Positions 1-9,112 of a stretch of DNA of 64,000 nt are shown here, one piece after another (within the stretch, counting starts at the first letter, position 1; each line of letters opens with the position of its first letter). Position numbers and translations under genes: made by a program. The DNA lies in the NCBI GenBank assembly GCA_963758295.1, contig CAVWUU010000001.1:288001-352000 (forward strand). Direction: 5' to 3'. Below the pieces are notes generated by a model. The model searched no databases, had not been told where the DNA came from, and saw only the letters and a list, made by a program, of their open reading frames with translations. Source of the DNA: Candidatus Eremiobacteria bacterium. GTDB lineage: Bacteria > Vulcanimicrobiota > Vulcanimicrobiia > Vulcanimicrobiales > Vulcanimicrobiaceae.

Positions 1-342
1 CGATTTGATTCGAGCGAGGAGTTCCTGTTCCACGAACGGTTTGATGAGATAATCATCAGCGCCGCTGTCGAGGCCGTTCACGCGATCCTCAACGGCGTCA
101 CGCGCGGTGAGCATGAGAATCGGCGTCTGGATCTTGTTTTCTCGAGCGGCCTTGGTGATCTCGAACCCGTTGCGCTTCGGCAGTCCGATATCGACGATGG
201 CGGCATCGTAAATGCCCCGGAGCAGGTAGTCCAGACCGGTTTCACCGTCGTGCACGACGTCGACCGCGTACTTTCTCGATTCCAGCATCATACGAACGGC
301 GCCGGCAACGGGCAGGCTATCTTCGACGATCAGAATGCGCAT
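1..342 (-). CDS. OmpR/PhoB-family response regulator (N-terminal receiver domain; gene runs off the window edge)
   Basis: Manual translation from ATG at 342: MRILIVEDSLPVAGAVRMMLESRKYAVDVVHDG...IVDIGLP...ILMLTARDAVEDRVNGLDSGADDYLIKPF. Classic REC motifs. AAAGGA RBS upstream. Confidence 0.9.
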   Translation of the reverse strand, partial: MRILIVEDSLPVAGAVRMMLESRKYAVDVVHDGETGLDYLLRGIYDAAIVDIGLPKRNGFEITKAARENKIQTPILMLTARDAVEDRVNGLDSGADDYLIKPFVEQELLARIKS

Positions 343-356
343 CGATATTTCCTTTC

Positions 357-1484
357 TCATAGCTTCGGCGGCCAGGGGAATCCTACTGTCACCGCTCCGC
401 CGAAATGTCCGTCGCCGCCGATGGTTTGGACTTGTTGGAGCAAGAAGCGCGCGTGCGGCGTGATTTGGAAAGCGCCGTAGTAGACGATGTCACGCAGAAT
501 CGCGGGGTTTGCGGACGCGTCGTAGCGGATGCCGACGTACGAGTGGGGCGTGGGATAGAACTTCGCGCGAAGGTAGCCGCCGCTGCTCCCGACCGCCGTT
601 CCGAATCCGTCGGCGTCGGCGTCACGTCCGAACCATTGTTCGCCCTGCAATTCGAAGCGGCCGAACTGTGCTCGGGCATAGAGGCCGCCGCGCTCGTAGA
701 AATCGTCGAATTGGCGTCCGCCGGTCAGCAGGACGTTCCGGTCTCCTTCGAGCGCTTCGAAGCCGGCAGTGACGCCTTTGGCGATCGGACCGGAAACGAA
801 AAGACCGGCTTCCGGAGTAACGGCATTGCTCGTTTCACCGGTGGGAACGGGAATGCCGCCGTACGGTGCGCCTTTGAATTCGGCGAGGTCGGCAACGAGA
901 TGGATTTGTGTTTGGCCAACGGTGCGAAATGCCTCGACGCCCCAGCGCGGCGACGACAAAGGCAAATCGTTCAAGCCTACGTGCGTACCGTAATAGCCGT
1001 ACTGCTGCAAATCGTCAAGGCGCTGTCCCGGCGACTGCGGTAACGGCAGCTCGAAAAGTCCAAGACGATAAAGCGACTGGGTGTGCGCATTGTACGTCGC
1101 CACGTAGCCCATATAGAGCCCCGACGGACCGCCCGCGGCTCCCAAGTTGTAGTGTACGAACGCACTGATTTTCCCGATGTCCGCGTTGCTCAGGATTACG
1201 CCGCCGGGTTGAAACCGCCGCTGGCCCACCGGCGACTGTTCGTACTCAACTTGATAGCGCAGAGCTACAAGCGTAGTTCCGTGTTTAGGCGCAGGAAGCC
1301 GGTAGCCGTGGTCCCGGAACGAACGGCCGAAAGCATTCAGTTCGGGCAACACACTGTGGCATGCTTCGCATTGCAGCCGGTAACGTTGTGCGAAGATTGG
1401 AATTGCCTGCGCGCGTTGCATCGTCAGAACTTCAAAAAAAAGCGTGAAGTCCAAGAGCGCGATGAGTAGAGATCTATTGCGCAT
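357..1484 (-). CDS. Cyc2-like fused monoheme cytochrome c / outer-membrane beta-barrel protein
   Basis: Signal peptide, then AQA-IPIFAQRYRLQCEACHSVLPELNAFGRSFRDHGY, matching the Cyc2-type N-terminal pattern (PxFA..CxxCH..PxL..FGRxF..GY). The remainder has alternating amphipathic, aromatic-rich beta-strand character. Confidence 0.7.
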   Translation of the reverse strand: MRNRSLLIALLDFTLFFEVLTMQRAQAIPIFAQRYRLQCEACHSVLPELNAFGRSFRDHGYRLPAPKHGTTLVALRYQVEYEQSPVGQRRFQPGGVILSNADIGKISAFVHYNLGAAGGPSGLYMGYVATYNAHTQSLYRLGLFELPLPQSPGQRLDDLQQYGYYGTHVGLNDLPLSSPRWGVEAFRTVGQTQIHLVADLAEFKGAPYGGIPVPTGETSNAVTPEAGLFVSGPIAKGVTAGFEALEGDRNVLLTGGRQFDDFYERGGLYARAQFGRFELQGEQWFGRDADADGFGTAVGSSGGYLRAKFYPTPHSYVGIRYDASANPAILRDIVYYGAFQITPHARFLLQQVQTIGGDGHFGGAVTVGFPWPPKL

Positions 1485-1941
1485 CGATCTCGCCCCGCAT
1501 CATGCCGCTGTAGTGATAAAAGCAGCCGTAGAGATACACGCCGGGCCGATCTACGAGAAAGACCTGCGAGGTCTGGCCGGCCTGAAGCGATCCCGAACTC
1601 CAGCCTTGCGATGAGACGGTGTTGACCGAACTGGGAGACGTTGCCGAGAAGCCGAGCGGCGAAGCCTGCGGGAACGTAGTGCCCACCACCATCGAAGCGG
1701 TATGCACCGTGTTGTCAACGTTGACGAAGCGCACGCCGCTGCCCACAGGGACGGAAGAAACGTCGGGCGAGAACCCGAGGGCGAGACCCGCCGGTGTTTG
1801 CTGCGCGCCGAACGCCGATAAGCTGACGTCGATCGTAACGACGTTTGAAACGTTCTGGTTGCTTCCGCCTGCGGGCGTTACGCCGCCCGGCGTGCACGAT
1901 GCGACGGCCCAAACTAAAAGCGCTGCGACAAGACGCCTCAT
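1474..1941 (-). CDS. Cupredoxin (plastocyanin/azurin-like blue copper) lipoprotein
   Basis: Lipobox-like VASC. Upstream His (VHTAS) and C-terminal GVYLYGCFYHYSGMM supply the type-1 copper Cys-x2-His-x4-Met ligand set. Confidence 0.85.
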   Translation of the reverse strand: MRRLVAALLVWAVASCTPGGVTPAGGSNQNVSNVVTIDVSLSAFGAQQTPAGLALGFSPDVSSVPVGSGVRFVNVDNTVHTASMVVGTTFPQASPLGFSATSPSSVNTVSSQGWSSGSLQAGQTSQVFLVDRPGVYLYGCFYHYSGMMRGEIDAQ

Positions 1942-2474
1942 CGCGGCACCGCGCGAAAAACGTCATCGCTGAGGTCCGGCGAGGCAAGCAAGGTCTGCGC
2001 TAACTCGCCGCGAGCATTTAAGACGTAAACGAAGGTCGTATGCATTTCCGGAACTCCGTCGGAGCCGCGCTCCGCGACGACATTGAAGCGGCGCATGAGC
2101 GCGTGAATCGTTGAGGGATTGCCGCTCGCCAGCAGCCATCGCGGCGAACGGGCATCGAAGCGTTTTGCCAGCGCGCGCATTGTAGCGGGCGTATCGTGCT
2201 CCGGATCGAGCGTTAACGTGAGAAAGCGGACGTTCGCGGAGCGGGCTCGCGGATCGCGCGAAGCGGTTGCGATTTGTGCGTCGATCAGCGGACACGCATC
2301 GGTGCAGCGCGCGGCCACGAAGGTTACCACCACCGGCTCACCGCGCAGATCGTTCAGCGTAAACGCGTTGCCTTGCTGATCGATGAGCGGTTCTTGCGCC
2401 AATGCGCTCGGGGCAAGGACGGCGAGCGCTATTGTTGCTGCCGCCGTCCAAGCCATGCGATGAATCGCGAGCAC
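1938..2474 (-). CDS. SCO1/SenC family copper chaperone
   Basis: CTDAC (CxxxC) motif, TLDPEHDTP motif and conserved His (MHTT). N-terminal signal peptide. Confidence 0.9.
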   Translation of the reverse strand: MLAIHRMAWTAAATIALAVLAPSALAQEPLIDQQGNAFTLNDLRGEPVVVTFVAARCTDACPLIDAQIATASRDPRARSANVRFLTLTLDPEHDTPATMRALAKRFDARSPRWLLASGNPSTIHALMRRFNVVAERGSDGVPEMHTTFVYVLNARGELAQTLLASPDLSDDVFRAVPR

Positions 2475-2475
2475 G

Positions 2476-3015
2476 TTAGGGGTACGGATTGCCGCCGCCG
2501 CTGCCGCCCGTGCCGTTTCCGCCGCCGCCGGTGCCTGCGCCCTGCGCGGATGGACGTGCGGTTTGCCAAAGGCCGCCGAACTCGGTCAATCCGTTGCCCT
2601 TGTTGTCACCGGCGGCTTTGTCGCCGACGTACCCATACAGCGGCCAGCCGTTGAACGCCCATTGCAACGTTCCGTCGCTGCGCGTGATGAGCGTAAATCC
2701 GGCCGGCGCGACGGTTCCTGCGGGAGCCGTGTAAGGCGGCCAAACCCCGGTGCATCCGTTTGCACTCGAGCAGTTTGATTTGTTCGTGGTGTCCGCTTCG
2801 AAAAGGTACAGCGTCATGCCGCCGGACGTGACGAACCCGATCGAGCCGGCAACTTGCGCTTTTTGTGGGGTTGAAGCGGGCGTACCGCCGCCACCGCCCG
2901 GATTGTTGCCGCCCGGATTGGGGTTCACGCCTCCGCCGCCGCTGCTGCTTCCGCCGCCGCCGCATGCCGCCAGCGCAATGCACAGAACTACGCTCGGTAT
3001 AGTGAAAATTCGCAT
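2476..3015 (-). CDS. COG4315-type secreted-repeat lipoprotein (Lipoprotein_15)
   Basis: Lipobox LAAC, Gly-rich linkers, GMTLYLFEAD...C...C..VWPP and RSDGTLQWAFNGWPLYGYVGD...G...W repeats. GGAGG RBS. Confidence 0.85.
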   Translation of the reverse strand: MRIFTIPSVVLCIALAACGGGGSSSGGGGVNPNPGGNNPGGGGGTPASTPQKAQVAGSIGFVTSGGMTLYLFEADTTNKSNCSSANGCTGVWPPYTAPAGTVAPAGFTLITRSDGTLQWAFNGWPLYGYVGDKAAGDNKGNGLTEFGGLWQTARPSAQGAGTGGGGNGTGGSGGGNPYP

Positions 3016-3048
3016 GTGTGTTTCGAACCTCCAGATTGGTATGGCTCG

Positions 3049-3080
3049 AAACTACGCGGCACGTGTGAAAAAAGTATAAA
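3049..3080 (-). promoter_or_regulatory. Putative promoter of the lipoprotein-SCO-cupredoxin-cyc2-like operon, with 11-bp-spaced direct repeats
   Basis: AT-rich island in GC-rich DNA. Minus strand reads TTTATAC-n4-TTCACAC, followed 8 nt later by TAGTTT (-10-like). Confidence 0.35.
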
Positions 3081-3084
3081 TTTT

Positions 3085-3906
3085 TTAATGAGGAGCGGCG
3101 ATTGCGTCGCGCAATTGAATCGCAAGCTCGCGCAAAGACGAATCGTCCGTGGCGTCTTTTGCGGCGCGATCGAAGGCTGCCCGTGCGCCGGTGCGGTCGC
3201 CGTTATGCAGCAGCACGGTCCCCATTGCAAATCGCGCGCGTGCGTATGCCGGGGAAAGTTGCACGGCCGCGGTAAATTCGCGAAGCGCTTCGGCAAAATG
3301 CCCGCTCTGTGATTCGGCAACGCCCAAGTCGTAGTGCGCTACGGCGTATTGAGGATCGTTTTGCAGCAACTTCGAAAAATCTGCGCGTGCCGTTGCCGGA
3401 TCGCCGCCGTGCAAGGCGACCAGACCTCGCGAATAGAGCGCCCGGGCCGAATCGGGTGCGATCGCGATGAAGCGATCGGCGATTTTTCGCGCATCCGCCA
3501 AATCCCCGCTTGCAAGATCGACCGCGATAAGATTAGCCATTGCCGCGAGAAAACCGGGATCAAGATCGAGCGCGCGATGAAGCGACTGCGACGCGCCGGT
3601 ATTTTCACCAAGCTGCGCCTGCGCGATCGCTAGATCATACCATGCACTCGAGCCTTCCGGCTCGGGCGGATTCATCGCAACGGTTGCGAGGAATTCCGCG
3701 CGCGCTTTGTTCCAATCGCGCGCATCGATCGCGGCGAGGCCGATGTGAAATCGCTCGGCGGCTGCGCGCGCAACGGCTTGCCGGCGCAATTCAGGAATCG
3801 ACGTTGTGGAAGGAAGCGGTTTAGCCGTTTCGTACTGCGCGCGCGCGTTTACGAGGTTCGCGCCGACAGCTAGAGCGAAGACCGCAATCGTGAGTGAGAA
3901 ACGCAT
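3085..3906 (-). CDS. Secreted tetratricopeptide-repeat protein
   Basis: Start reassigned to MRFSLTIAVF (signal peptide). Multiple TPR units, e.g. AWYDLAIAQAQLG, AHYDLGVAESQSG. Confidence 0.85.
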   Translation of the reverse strand: MRFSLTIAVFALAVGANLVNARAQYETAKPLPSTTSIPELRRQAVARAAAERFHIGLAAIDARDWNKARAEFLATVAMNPPEPEGSSAWYDLAIAQAQLGENTGASQSLHRALDLDPGFLAAMANLIAVDLASGDLADARKIADRFIAIAPDSARALYSRGLVALHGGDPATARADFSKLLQNDPQYAVAHYDLGVAESQSGHFAEALREFTAAVQLSPAYARARFAMGTVLLHNGDRTGARAAFDRAAKDATDDSSLRELAIQLRDAIAAPH

Positions 3907-3910
3907 GCGT

Positions 3911-4168
3911 TTAATGCGAATCGACCAAGGGCAAATCCGCGCCGGTCGCAGACTTCGCGGCCGCCGCCTTTTCGGGCTTGCACTCCCATCCGACGCGGCC
4001 TTTTTCGTTGATCGGACCGAGTAGCGCCGGCGTGTCGGACGGCAGCAGGGCGTTCGCGTCAATCGTGCTCACCGATCCCGCGGCGGCAAAGCCCGCGCGC
4101 AGACTTGCCGCTCCGAGAAGCAGCAAGCCGGCTAACATGATTCGGGAAAGGGCACGCCTTGACATCAC
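3911..4168 (-). CDS. Small hypothetical exported protein
   Basis: 85-aa ORF with signal-peptide-like N-terminus that fills the gap before the TPR gene. TATAAT immediately upstream. Confidence 0.6.
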   Translation of the reverse strand: MMSRRALSRIMLAGLLLLGAASLRAGFAAAGSVSTIDANALLPSDTPALLGPINEKGRVGWECKPEKAAAAKSATGADLPLVDSH

Positions 4169-4198
4169 CTCGATTATAGCCCAAGTTCTGAAGAATCG

Positions 4199-5920
4199 AT
4201 GAACCGCGCTGCCGTCTTGTTGCTCGGGCTAGCGTTGCTGGGCGATGCGCCCCAGGCTTCGGCCCTCATTGCCGGGACGGTGCGGGACCAGCACGGCTCG
4301 CCGGTGGTCGCTGCCCGAGTTGCTCTCTTTTCCGGCGGCAAAGAGGTCGCCCGCGCTGTGTCGGCCTCCGACGGGACGTTCGCGGTTACCGGCGTGCCGG
4401 CCGATGCGGCGAGCATCGACTGCGATTTCTGCGAGCCCGTGCGTAAAACGATCCCGGACGACGGGATTTTGGTCGTGTTCGTACGGCGTAACGACGCCGT
4501 GACGAGCCGTTCTCCAACCCACGCGGACGTTGCCGCATTGCCGTACGCGTACGTCGAATCAACGCTCTCGCTCACGCCGTTCGTGGTTCTTAGCCAGTCG
4601 GCACGTCTTTATCCCGGTCCGCAACTCAGCGACCGGCGCAATTCTGGGACCGGCGGTCTTTTCGTCCTCAACGGCGTTCCGGATTACGATATCTCCGCCA
4701 ATATCTCGCCGTATCTTACGATTCCCGAACGCGATTTTTCGGACGTTTCGATCCAGCGCTCGAGCGATGCATACCTCTATGGTGACACGTCCAATGCCGG
4801 AACGTTCGTTGCGAGTACTACCGATGGATCGCCCTTTGCCTCCGCCGGGAGTGGGGTCGCATTTCGCGCGGCTCAAGCCGATCCAGCACTGCAGAGCAGT
4901 GCGGCGGTTTCAGACGACCGCGGCAGCGACGATCGCACGCGTGCCGACGGCAACGTGTCACTTGCGGTGCCGAACGGCTTGGTGAACGCGACGCTCGGGG
5001 CTGGACAGATCGACGCTTCGTCCGGCGCTGCGACGCTCGACTCGGAATTTTCTTCCGTGCGACTGTCCGTGCAACGCACGAGCGGCGTCGATATTACCGG
5101 CTCGTTAGTAGCGGATCGCGGAACGTATTCTTACGACTCGCCCGTGTACGACGAGGAAAGCACGTGGAGCGACGTCGACGCGCGCGGATTGATTCGTTCG
5201 CACGCGGACGTAGCGCCGTTCGCTTTGGTCGAGTTCCGGCGAAGTACGGCCCAAAGCACGCTCGGCCAAGCGCGCTTCGAAACGGGGTTCGCGATCGACC
5301 GTCCACATTGGAACGTCGTCGCAGCGCTAGGGAGCGACCAAGTTTCGTACGCGCCGTATGCCGGCGCCCCGGGAGCCCGAACGACGACGCACGACGACGT
5401 GTTTTCAACTGCATGGACGCCATCATCAAACATGTCGTGGGAGGCCAGCGTATCGAACGGCTACGTGCTGCCGGTCTTTACTTCGCTTTACGCTCCGCAG
5501 TCGCGGGCGCCGTACGTCCCATCGAATGCGACGCTCGAGTCGACGCTAACGTTGAGCGACGCACGCCGCGCACGATTCGAACTGACGGCGTTGCGTTTTA
5601 CGAGCGAAGGCGGTGAGGCTAGCGGAAGCGCGGGTGCATCGTTGGCGTGGCAGTTCACGCCGCAATTGAGCGTGCGTACATGGCTGCTTCGGATTGCCGA
5701 CAACGAGCAAGGCGCCGCCGCGGTCGGCTCGACCTGGTTCACCTACGATACCGGTGCATTGCGTATCGACGCCATCGTTCGGCGCGATTTGCGCGATTCG
5801 CAAGCCGACGCGCATCTCGATTTTTCCGTTTCCGGAAATATCAGTGGCCGGTTGCGCTGGTTCGCCGGATCGGAACGACGCAACGGCAGCCGTGCCGTCG
5901 ATGCGGGGCTACGGCTTTGA
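4199..5920 (+). CDS. Outer-membrane beta-barrel with carboxypeptidase-regulatory-like N-domain (divergent TonB-dependent receptor-like)
   Basis: Signal peptide; IAGTVRDQHGSPVVAARV..SDGTF domain; plug-like VLNGVP...YLYGD motif; C-terminal beta-signal-like AGLRL. Confidence 0.65.
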   Translation: MNRAAVLLLGLALLGDAPQASALIAGTVRDQHGSPVVAARVALFSGGKEVARAVSASDGTFAVTGVPADAASIDCDFCEPVRKTIPDDGILVVFVRRNDAVTSRSPTHADVAALPYAYVESTLSLTPFVVLSQSARLYPGPQLSDRRNSGTGGLFVLNGVPDYDISANISPYLTIPERDFSDVSIQRSSDAYLYGDTSNAGTFVASTTDGSPFASAGSGVAFRAAQADPALQSSAAVSDDRGSDDRTRADGNVSLAVPNGLVNATLGAGQIDASSGAATLDSEFSSVRLSVQRTSGVDITGSLVADRGTYSYDSPVYDEESTWSDVDARGLIRSHADVAPFALVEFRRSTAQSTLGQARFETGFAIDRPHWNVVAALGSDQVSYAPYAGAPGARTTTHDDVFSTAWTPSSNMSWEASVSNGYVLPVFTSLYAPQSRAPYVPSNATLESTLTLSDARRARFELTALRFTSEGGEASGSAGASLAWQFTPQLSVRTWLLRIADNEQGAAAVGSTWFTYDTGALRIDAIVRRDLRDSQADAHLDFSVSGNISGRLRWFAGSERRNGSRAVDAGLRL

Positions 5921-6201
5921 TTCGAGCCAGTAGTAGTTGCGCATAATTTCGTCAGCCCATTGCGGCCGGCGCGCGGCGGTTTCGACATCGTCTTGGCTCA
6001 TTTCACGTAACTAAAAGATCACTGCGAGGTGCGAAAGCCCGACCGGTGTCAAGGTGACCGGCTGAAGTTTTTCCATAGTTGCTATTCCGAGAATGACGAG
6101 AGAAAGGAGCGTTCCGCCGATGTAGTGACCGCTCTGCGTTGCGAAGATCCCGTCGAGCAACATATAGCCGCCGGCAAGCAATGCGCATAGCCGTGAAATG
6201 G

Positions 6202-6230
6202 AACGGCCCGCCGGATTCCGGCGGGCCGTT
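6202..6230. terminator. GC-rich hairpin just downstream of pnp (probable intrinsic terminator)
   Basis: Perfect 13-bp inverted repeat AACGGCCCGCCGG-att-CCGGCGGGCCGTT, 8 nt after the pnp stop. Confidence 0.7.
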
Positions 6231-6238
6231 TTGGCGAG

Positions 6239-8518
6239 TTAGTCGTCGCGACGTCCTTGTGGACGGCGGCGGCGGCGCATCGGCGGTGCACCTTCGCCTT
6301 CAGGAGCGGGGCTTGCGTTTTCGCGCGGTGGGCCTGAATCTTCGCGCGATTCACGGCGCGGACGGAATTCGCCGTTGCCGCTGGGGCGCGCGCCGTTTTC
6401 ACCGCCGGCCAGCAGCGCCTTGTGAGAAAGATTCAAGCGTCCTTGCCCGTCGACTTCCATCACTTTGACTTCCAGCGAGTCGCCGACGTTGACGACGTCT
6501 TCAACCTTGCCGACGCGTTCGAGCGCGAGCTGGCTGATGTGGACGAGGCCTTCCTTGCCGGGAAGAATCTCGACGAACGCGCCGATCGGAATGATCCGTT
6601 TGACGGTTCCGTTGTACCTCTCGCCGACCACCACGTCTTTGGTGATGTTTTCGACGATCGTCTTGGCTTTATCGCCGCTTTCACCGTCGAGTGACGTGAT
6701 GAAGACGGTGCCGTCGTCCTCGATGTCGATCTTTTCGACGCCGGTGTCTTGGATGATCTTGTTGATGACCTTGCCGCCTGGCCCGATCACGTCCTTGATC
6801 TTGTCCGGGTTGATCTTGATGACGATCATGCGCGGCGCGAACTTCGAGAGTTCCTTACGCGGCTCGGAGATCGACTCGTTGAGCTTTTCGATGATGAAGA
6901 AGCGCGATTTTTTCGCCTCGGTCATCGCTTCGCGCATGATGTCGACCGTGATGCCCTGGACTTTGATGTCCATCTGAATCGCGGTGATGCCCTTCTTAGT
7001 GCCCGCGACCTTGAAGTCCATCTCACCGAGCGCGTCTTCCATGCCTTGAATGTCCGTCAGGATCGCGTATTGCTTTCCTTTGAGAATCAAGCCCATCGCG
7101 ACGCCCGCGACGTGTTCTTTGATCGGTACGCCGGCGTCCATCAGCGCGAGCGACGAACCGCAGACCGACGCCATTGAAGATGAGCCGTTGGACTCGAGCA
7201 CTTCGCTCATCAAACGCAGCGTGTACGGGAACTCTTCCTTCGGCGGGAGCACCGGGATGAGCGCACGCTCCGCGAGCGCTCCGTGACCGATCTCGCGCCG
7301 GCCGGGGCCCCGCATCGGACGCGTTTCCCCGACCGAGAAGGGCGGGAAGTTGTAGAAGTGCATGTAGCGCTTGTCTTCGAGCGCGACGATGCCGTCCAAG
7401 CGCTGCGCATCGCTCGTCGAACCGAGCGTTGCGGCGGTGAAGACCTGCGTCTGTCCACGTGTGAAAACGCCCGAACCGTGAACGCGCGGCACGTAGTGCA
7501 CCTTCGTCCAAATCGGCCGGATTTCGTCGGGCTTGCGGCCGTCGGGACGAATTTTTTCGTCGACGACCATCGTGCGAAGCTCGTCTTCTTGCATGCCTTT
7601 GATGATCTTCGAGAAGTCTTTGCCGTAGGCGCCGCTCTCGAGCATCGTCTTGATTTCTTCGTCTTTTTTGCCGCAACGCGCGATCGCTTCGTCGACGCTG
7701 AGGGCGCCGAGTGCGTCCTCGCGCGCGTGCTTCTCTACTACGCGCATCGCTTTGGCGACGTCTTTGACGAACGTCTTGCGCACCCACTTCTCGAGGTCGG
7801 CGTTGACCTTGCGAAGCGGATATTCGCGCTTGGCTTTACCGGTTTTTTTCGCGAGCTGATCGATCGCTTTGACGATCTTCTTGATTTCGTTATGTGCGAA
7901 CTCGACGGCACCGAGGAACTCTTCCTCGGAGATTTCGTCGCCGCCGCCTTCGACCATCATCACTGCGTCGGCCGTGCCGGCGATGATGATGTCCATTCCG
8001 CCGGTTACATACTGCGGAAGCGTGGGGTTGCAGATGTAGTTGCCGTCTTCATCGCGGCCTACGCGCACTGCGGCAACCGTCTTATCGAACGGAATGTCGG
8101 AGAAGGCTAAGGCTGCGCCCGCTGCACAAACGCCGAGCACGTCGGCATCAAGTTCGGGATCGATCGAAAGCACCGTCGCGACGATTTGCACGTCGTTGTG
8201 GAAGCCTTCGGGGAAGAGGGGACGGATCGGGCGGTCGATTTGACGCGAGCTGAGCACGGCGTGCTCGGGCGGACGCCCTTCGCGCTTGATGTAGCCGCCG
8301 GGAATTTTGCCCGCAGCATACATCTTTTCTTCGAAGTCACACGTGAGTGGGAAAAAGTCGATGCCTTCACGAGGCTTCTCGGAGGCAGTGACGGCGCAGA
8401 GCACGACATTTTGGTCGCCATAGCGGATCAGCGCGGAGCCGTTTGCTTGCTTCGCGAGTTCGCCGGTTTCGATGACCATCGTGCGCCCGCCGACCGTAAG
8501 GGTCACGGATTCGGGCAC
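6239..8518 (-). CDS. pnp: Polyribonucleotide nucleotidyltransferase (PNPase)
   Basis: ETGELAKQANG, FFPLT, RREIGHG, SEVLESNGSSSMAS, DFKVAG motifs plus KH and S1 domains. GTG start with AGGAG RBS. Confidence 0.98.
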   Translation of the reverse strand: MPESVTLTVGGRTMVIETGELAKQANGSALIRYGDQNVVLCAVTASEKPREGIDFFPLTCDFEEKMYAAGKIPGGYIKREGRPPEHAVLSSRQIDRPIRPLFPEGFHNDVQIVATVLSIDPELDADVLGVCAAGAALAFSDIPFDKTVAAVRVGRDEDGNYICNPTLPQYVTGGMDIIIAGTADAVMMVEGGGDEISEEEFLGAVEFAHNEIKKIVKAIDQLAKKTGKAKREYPLRKVNADLEKWVRKTFVKDVAKAMRVVEKHAREDALGALSVDEAIARCGKKDEEIKTMLESGAYGKDFSKIIKGMQEDELRTMVVDEKIRPDGRKPDEIRPIWTKVHYVPRVHGSGVFTRGQTQVFTAATLGSTSDAQRLDGIVALEDKRYMHFYNFPPFSVGETRPMRGPGRREIGHGALAERALIPVLPPKEEFPYTLRLMSEVLESNGSSSMASVCGSSLALMDAGVPIKEHVAGVAMGLILKGKQYAILTDIQGMEDALGEMDFKVAGTKKGITAIQMDIKVQGITVDIMREAMTEAKKSRFFIIEKLNESISEPRKELSKFAPRMIVIKINPDKIKDVIGPGGKVINKIIQDTGVEKIDIEDDGTVFITSLDGESGDKAKTIVENITKDVVVGERYNGTVKRIIPIGAFVEILPGKEGLVHISQLALERVGKVEDVVNVGDSLEVKVMEVDGQGRLNLSHKALLAGGENGARPSGNGEFRPRRESREDSGPPRENASPAPEGEGAPPMRRRRRPQGRRDD

Positions 8519-8608
8519 GGTTACTCCTAGATTTTTCTAAGTTGCTCTTTTTTATGAACCGTGCCCGGTTCGGGAAGGCGCCGCGCTGCCCCTGGTTTGG
8601 GGATGGCG

Positions 8609-8977
8609 CTACCGCGGCTTTCCCCACGTCTTGGCGGACGCGATATCGAAGACGATACAGGGTTCGCTGCCAAGCACCCAAGCGTCGTGACCCGGAGGAA
8701 TGGACATCGCCTCGCCCGCCGTCACGTCCGCCGTCGTGCCGTCATCGCCCTCAATGTGCATGCTGCCCGAGATCACGTACCCGAAGTGGGAAAGCGGGCA
8801 GCTTGGCGTCTCAAGCACGCTTAGCAGCGTTTCCGACCACCGCCATCCCGGGTTGAACGTTCCGCGCGCGACCTCGCGGTCGCCGATGGTCACGATATCG
8901 ATCTTGCCGTTCGGAATGGCGCGTGTTTCGTCCGGACGATCGAAGGATTTGTGCTCGATCGAGGTTGCGACTGCCAT
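8609..8977 (-). CDS. Cupin-domain protein
   Basis: SFDRPDETR..GK, PGWRWS, C...H.GYVISG, IPPGHDAWV pattern. GGGAGG RBS. Confidence 0.85.
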   Translation of the reverse strand: MAVATSIEHKSFDRPDETRAIPNGKIDIVTIGDREVARGTFNPGWRWSETLLSVLETPSCPLSHFGYVISGSMHIEGDDGTTADVTAGEAMSIPPGHDAWVLGSEPCIVFDIASAKTWGKPR

Positions 8978-9112
8978 AGAGCACCTCCCGCGAGCATTAC
9001 GCCCGCTTACAGTTCAGTCGTTCATCGAGCGTAGCACAAATTGCCCCAGCAACACGGTGCCGCCGTTTTATGGGACCGTGCTAGCGCCCGCAAGCCGCTT
9101 GGAAGTCAATCT

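Noticed and set aside
2480..2965. GCC/CCG tandem repeats
   Set aside because: They are just codons for the Gly-rich linkers of the lipoprotein, not a repeat array.
3063..3080. Rex operator (TGTGAA half-site)
   Set aside because: Only one half matches TTGTGAA-n4-TTCACAA; the right half (GTATAAA) is poor.
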